Below, piece after piece: positions 18,473 through 20,000 of a stretch of 20,000 bases of DNA. The stretch comes from Pachysolen tannophilus NRRL Y-2460. Lineage: Eukaryota. How positions within the stretch are numbered: position 1 is the first letter of the stretch; every line of letters begins with the position of its first letter. The DNA is taken from contig KV454011.1 of assembly GCA_001661245.1 (NCBI GenBank), positions 876,908 to 896,907 on the forward strand, read 5' to 3'. Below the pieces are notes generated by a model. The model was not told the DNA's origin. It saw only the letters and a program-made list of their open reading frames with translations, and did not search any database. A program made the position numbers and the translations under genes.

Positions 18473-19591
18473 TCAAGCTATGGACTTAACCACTTCTTGT
18501 TCATCTTGTTGCTGTCCCTGCTGGTCATTCAGATTGCTTTGATCAAACCCACTATCTACTTGGTGGAAATCTAAGATTTCACTATACATCATTACTCTCC
18601 AAGTATCGATAGGTAAATCTGCATCATTAAAACTCCAATCGAATTTTTCACTTGCTACTGGTTCATCTGTTGGATCATGGTACGGTGCTAAATAAGGATG
18701 AGCTAAAGCTTCTTCAGCGGTAATTCTTTTTCTTGGATCAAATACCAACATTTTTGATAATAAATCTACTGCATCTGGTTCAACATCTTTAAACCTTTCA
18801 GTTAATGGAATAGGTTCTCTTTTAGGTAATGATTGTACAAATCTTAATGTATTTTCAGAACATATGGTATCAATAACATCTTCTGGAGGGGAACCTAATA
18901 ATTCTGTTATTATTGAAAATTGATGAACATGATCTTTTCCTGGAAATAATGGTTTCCCTTCAATCATCTCTGCAAATATACAACCTGCTGACCAAATATC
19001 AACTTCTACATCATATTTTTGCCACGTCAACATAATTTCTGGAGCTCTGTAATAACGTGTTGAAACATAACCAGTCATTTGAGGATCTTGTATTCTAGCA
19101 AGACCAAAATCACAAATTTTCAAATCACAATTTTCATTAATTAAAATATTACTTGGTTTTAAATCTCTATGAATAACCCCTGCAGAATGAACATATTTCA
19201 ATCCTCTTAATATCTGATAAAGGAAATATTGTATAAATTGTTTTTCTAAAGGTCTCGAAGTTAATAATCTGTGTAAATCAGTACCTTGTAACTCAGTAAC
19301 AAAATATATATCTTCTAATGGAGATAAAAAAATATCTTCTAAAGTAATTAAATTTTCATGTCTTAAATGTTTTAATAATTTTAATTCTCTATAAGTTCTC
19401 TTGGCCAATACAGGAGTAGAAAAAGGTTTTAAAATCTTTTTTATTGCAACATTTTGGTTTGTCAACTTATCTTTCGCAGAACAGACAAGTCCAAAAGCAC
19501 CCATACCAACTGGATTCAAATCCCCATACCTATTAGTAATTTCGAAAACTGTACCAAATATTTGTGTTCTTGTAAATTCTTCTTGTGACAT
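18473..19591 (-). CDS. HOG1: Stress-activated MAP kinase Hog1
   Basis: [57 protein letters not shown] (TGY motif) and the docking region YHDPTDEP. Intronless, 372 aa. Confidence 0.98.
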   Translation of the reverse strand: MSQEEFTRTQIFGTVFEITNRYGDLNPVGMGAFGLVCSAKDKLTNQNVAIKKILKPFSTPVLAKRTYRELKLLKHLRHENLITLEDIFLSPLEDIYFVTELQGTDLHRLLTSRPLEKQFIQYFLYQILRGLKYVHSAGVIHRDLKPSNILINENCDLKICDFGLARIQDPQMTGYVSTRYYRAPEIMLTWQKYDVEVDIWSAGCIFAEMIEGKPLFPGKDHVHQFSIITELLGSPPEDVIDTICSENTLRFVQSLPKREPIPLTERFKDVEPDAVDLLSKMLVFDPRKRITAEEALAHPYLAPYHDPTDEPVASEKFDWSFNDADLPIDTWRVMMYSEILDFHQVDSGFDQSNLNDQQGQQQDEQEVVKSIA

Positions 19592-20000
19592 TTTTTATTA
19601 TATTATATTATATTATTATGATTATGATGATGTTATATGATGGACCACAAGTGCTGGATCAATGAAGATAAAATAAAAGAAAATAATAATAATAATTATT
19701 CAAGTATTTTATGAAACGCCAATACTGATTATTATAGTTTTCAAAAAAAAAAACACAAATTTAACAATTGACAAGTTTCAGCTTTAAAAGAAGAAAAGAA
19801 AAAAAAAAATAAAATAATAATAATAATAATAATTTGTAACAAAAAGAAAAGCTTAAATAATTTATATAAATACAGATATAATAAACAATATATCTCAATA
19901 ATAATATAAAATTAGATGATTGTTTAAATATCTCTTTATATCTATAATAAATCAATCTTTTTTGTTATAGTTATTATCATTTATATTATGAACGCAACGG

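Noticed and set aside
19624..19728. Box C (ATGATGA) to box D (CTGA) pair suggesting a C/D snoRNA
   Set aside because: No terminal stem, low-complexity interior, no rRNA guide I recognise, and it lies antisense to the HOG1 leader.
8347..19955. Short ORFs 8347-8538, 9060-9332, 15012-15197, 15939-16181, 18183-18476, 19401-19640 and 19761-19955
   Set aside because: Antisense shadows, or Phe/Leu/Ile-rich translations of poly-A/T and AT microsatellites.
1..20000. Transposon, CRISPR array or horizontally transferred cluster
   Set aside because: No transposase/RT ORF, terminal repeats or repeat-spacer array. All genes are typical yeast families with similar AT-rich composition.

Overview
This is a gene-dense, very AT-rich budding-yeast (Saccharomycotina) chromosomal segment with no introns I could detect. 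In order: partial UPS2 (-), SPE4 spermine synthase (+), RMP1 (-), ACF2/ENG2 GH81 glucanase (+), an Ahp1/Pmp20-type peroxiredoxin ending in SKL (+), an aldo-keto reductase (+), a 317-nt assembly gap, an uncharacterised histidine-phosphatase-family protein with a long Asn/Ser/Asp tail (+), tRNA-Gln(UUG) (-), RGP1 (-), YCF1 (+) and HOG1 (-). The supplied ORF track uses non-ATG starts for SPE4, ACF2 and YCF1; ATG-based starts are given here. The most interesting signal is that in-frame CTG codons mostly fall at positions that are polar in orthologues, while CTA codons sit at conserved Leu. This suggests a non-standard CUG code (Ala or Ser). Other points of note are the orphan phosphatase, ancient synteny, and candidate promoter elements. 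No mobile element, CRISPR array or clearly novel multi-gene system is supported. Orthologue comparisons are from recalled S. cerevisiae sequences, not computed alignments.
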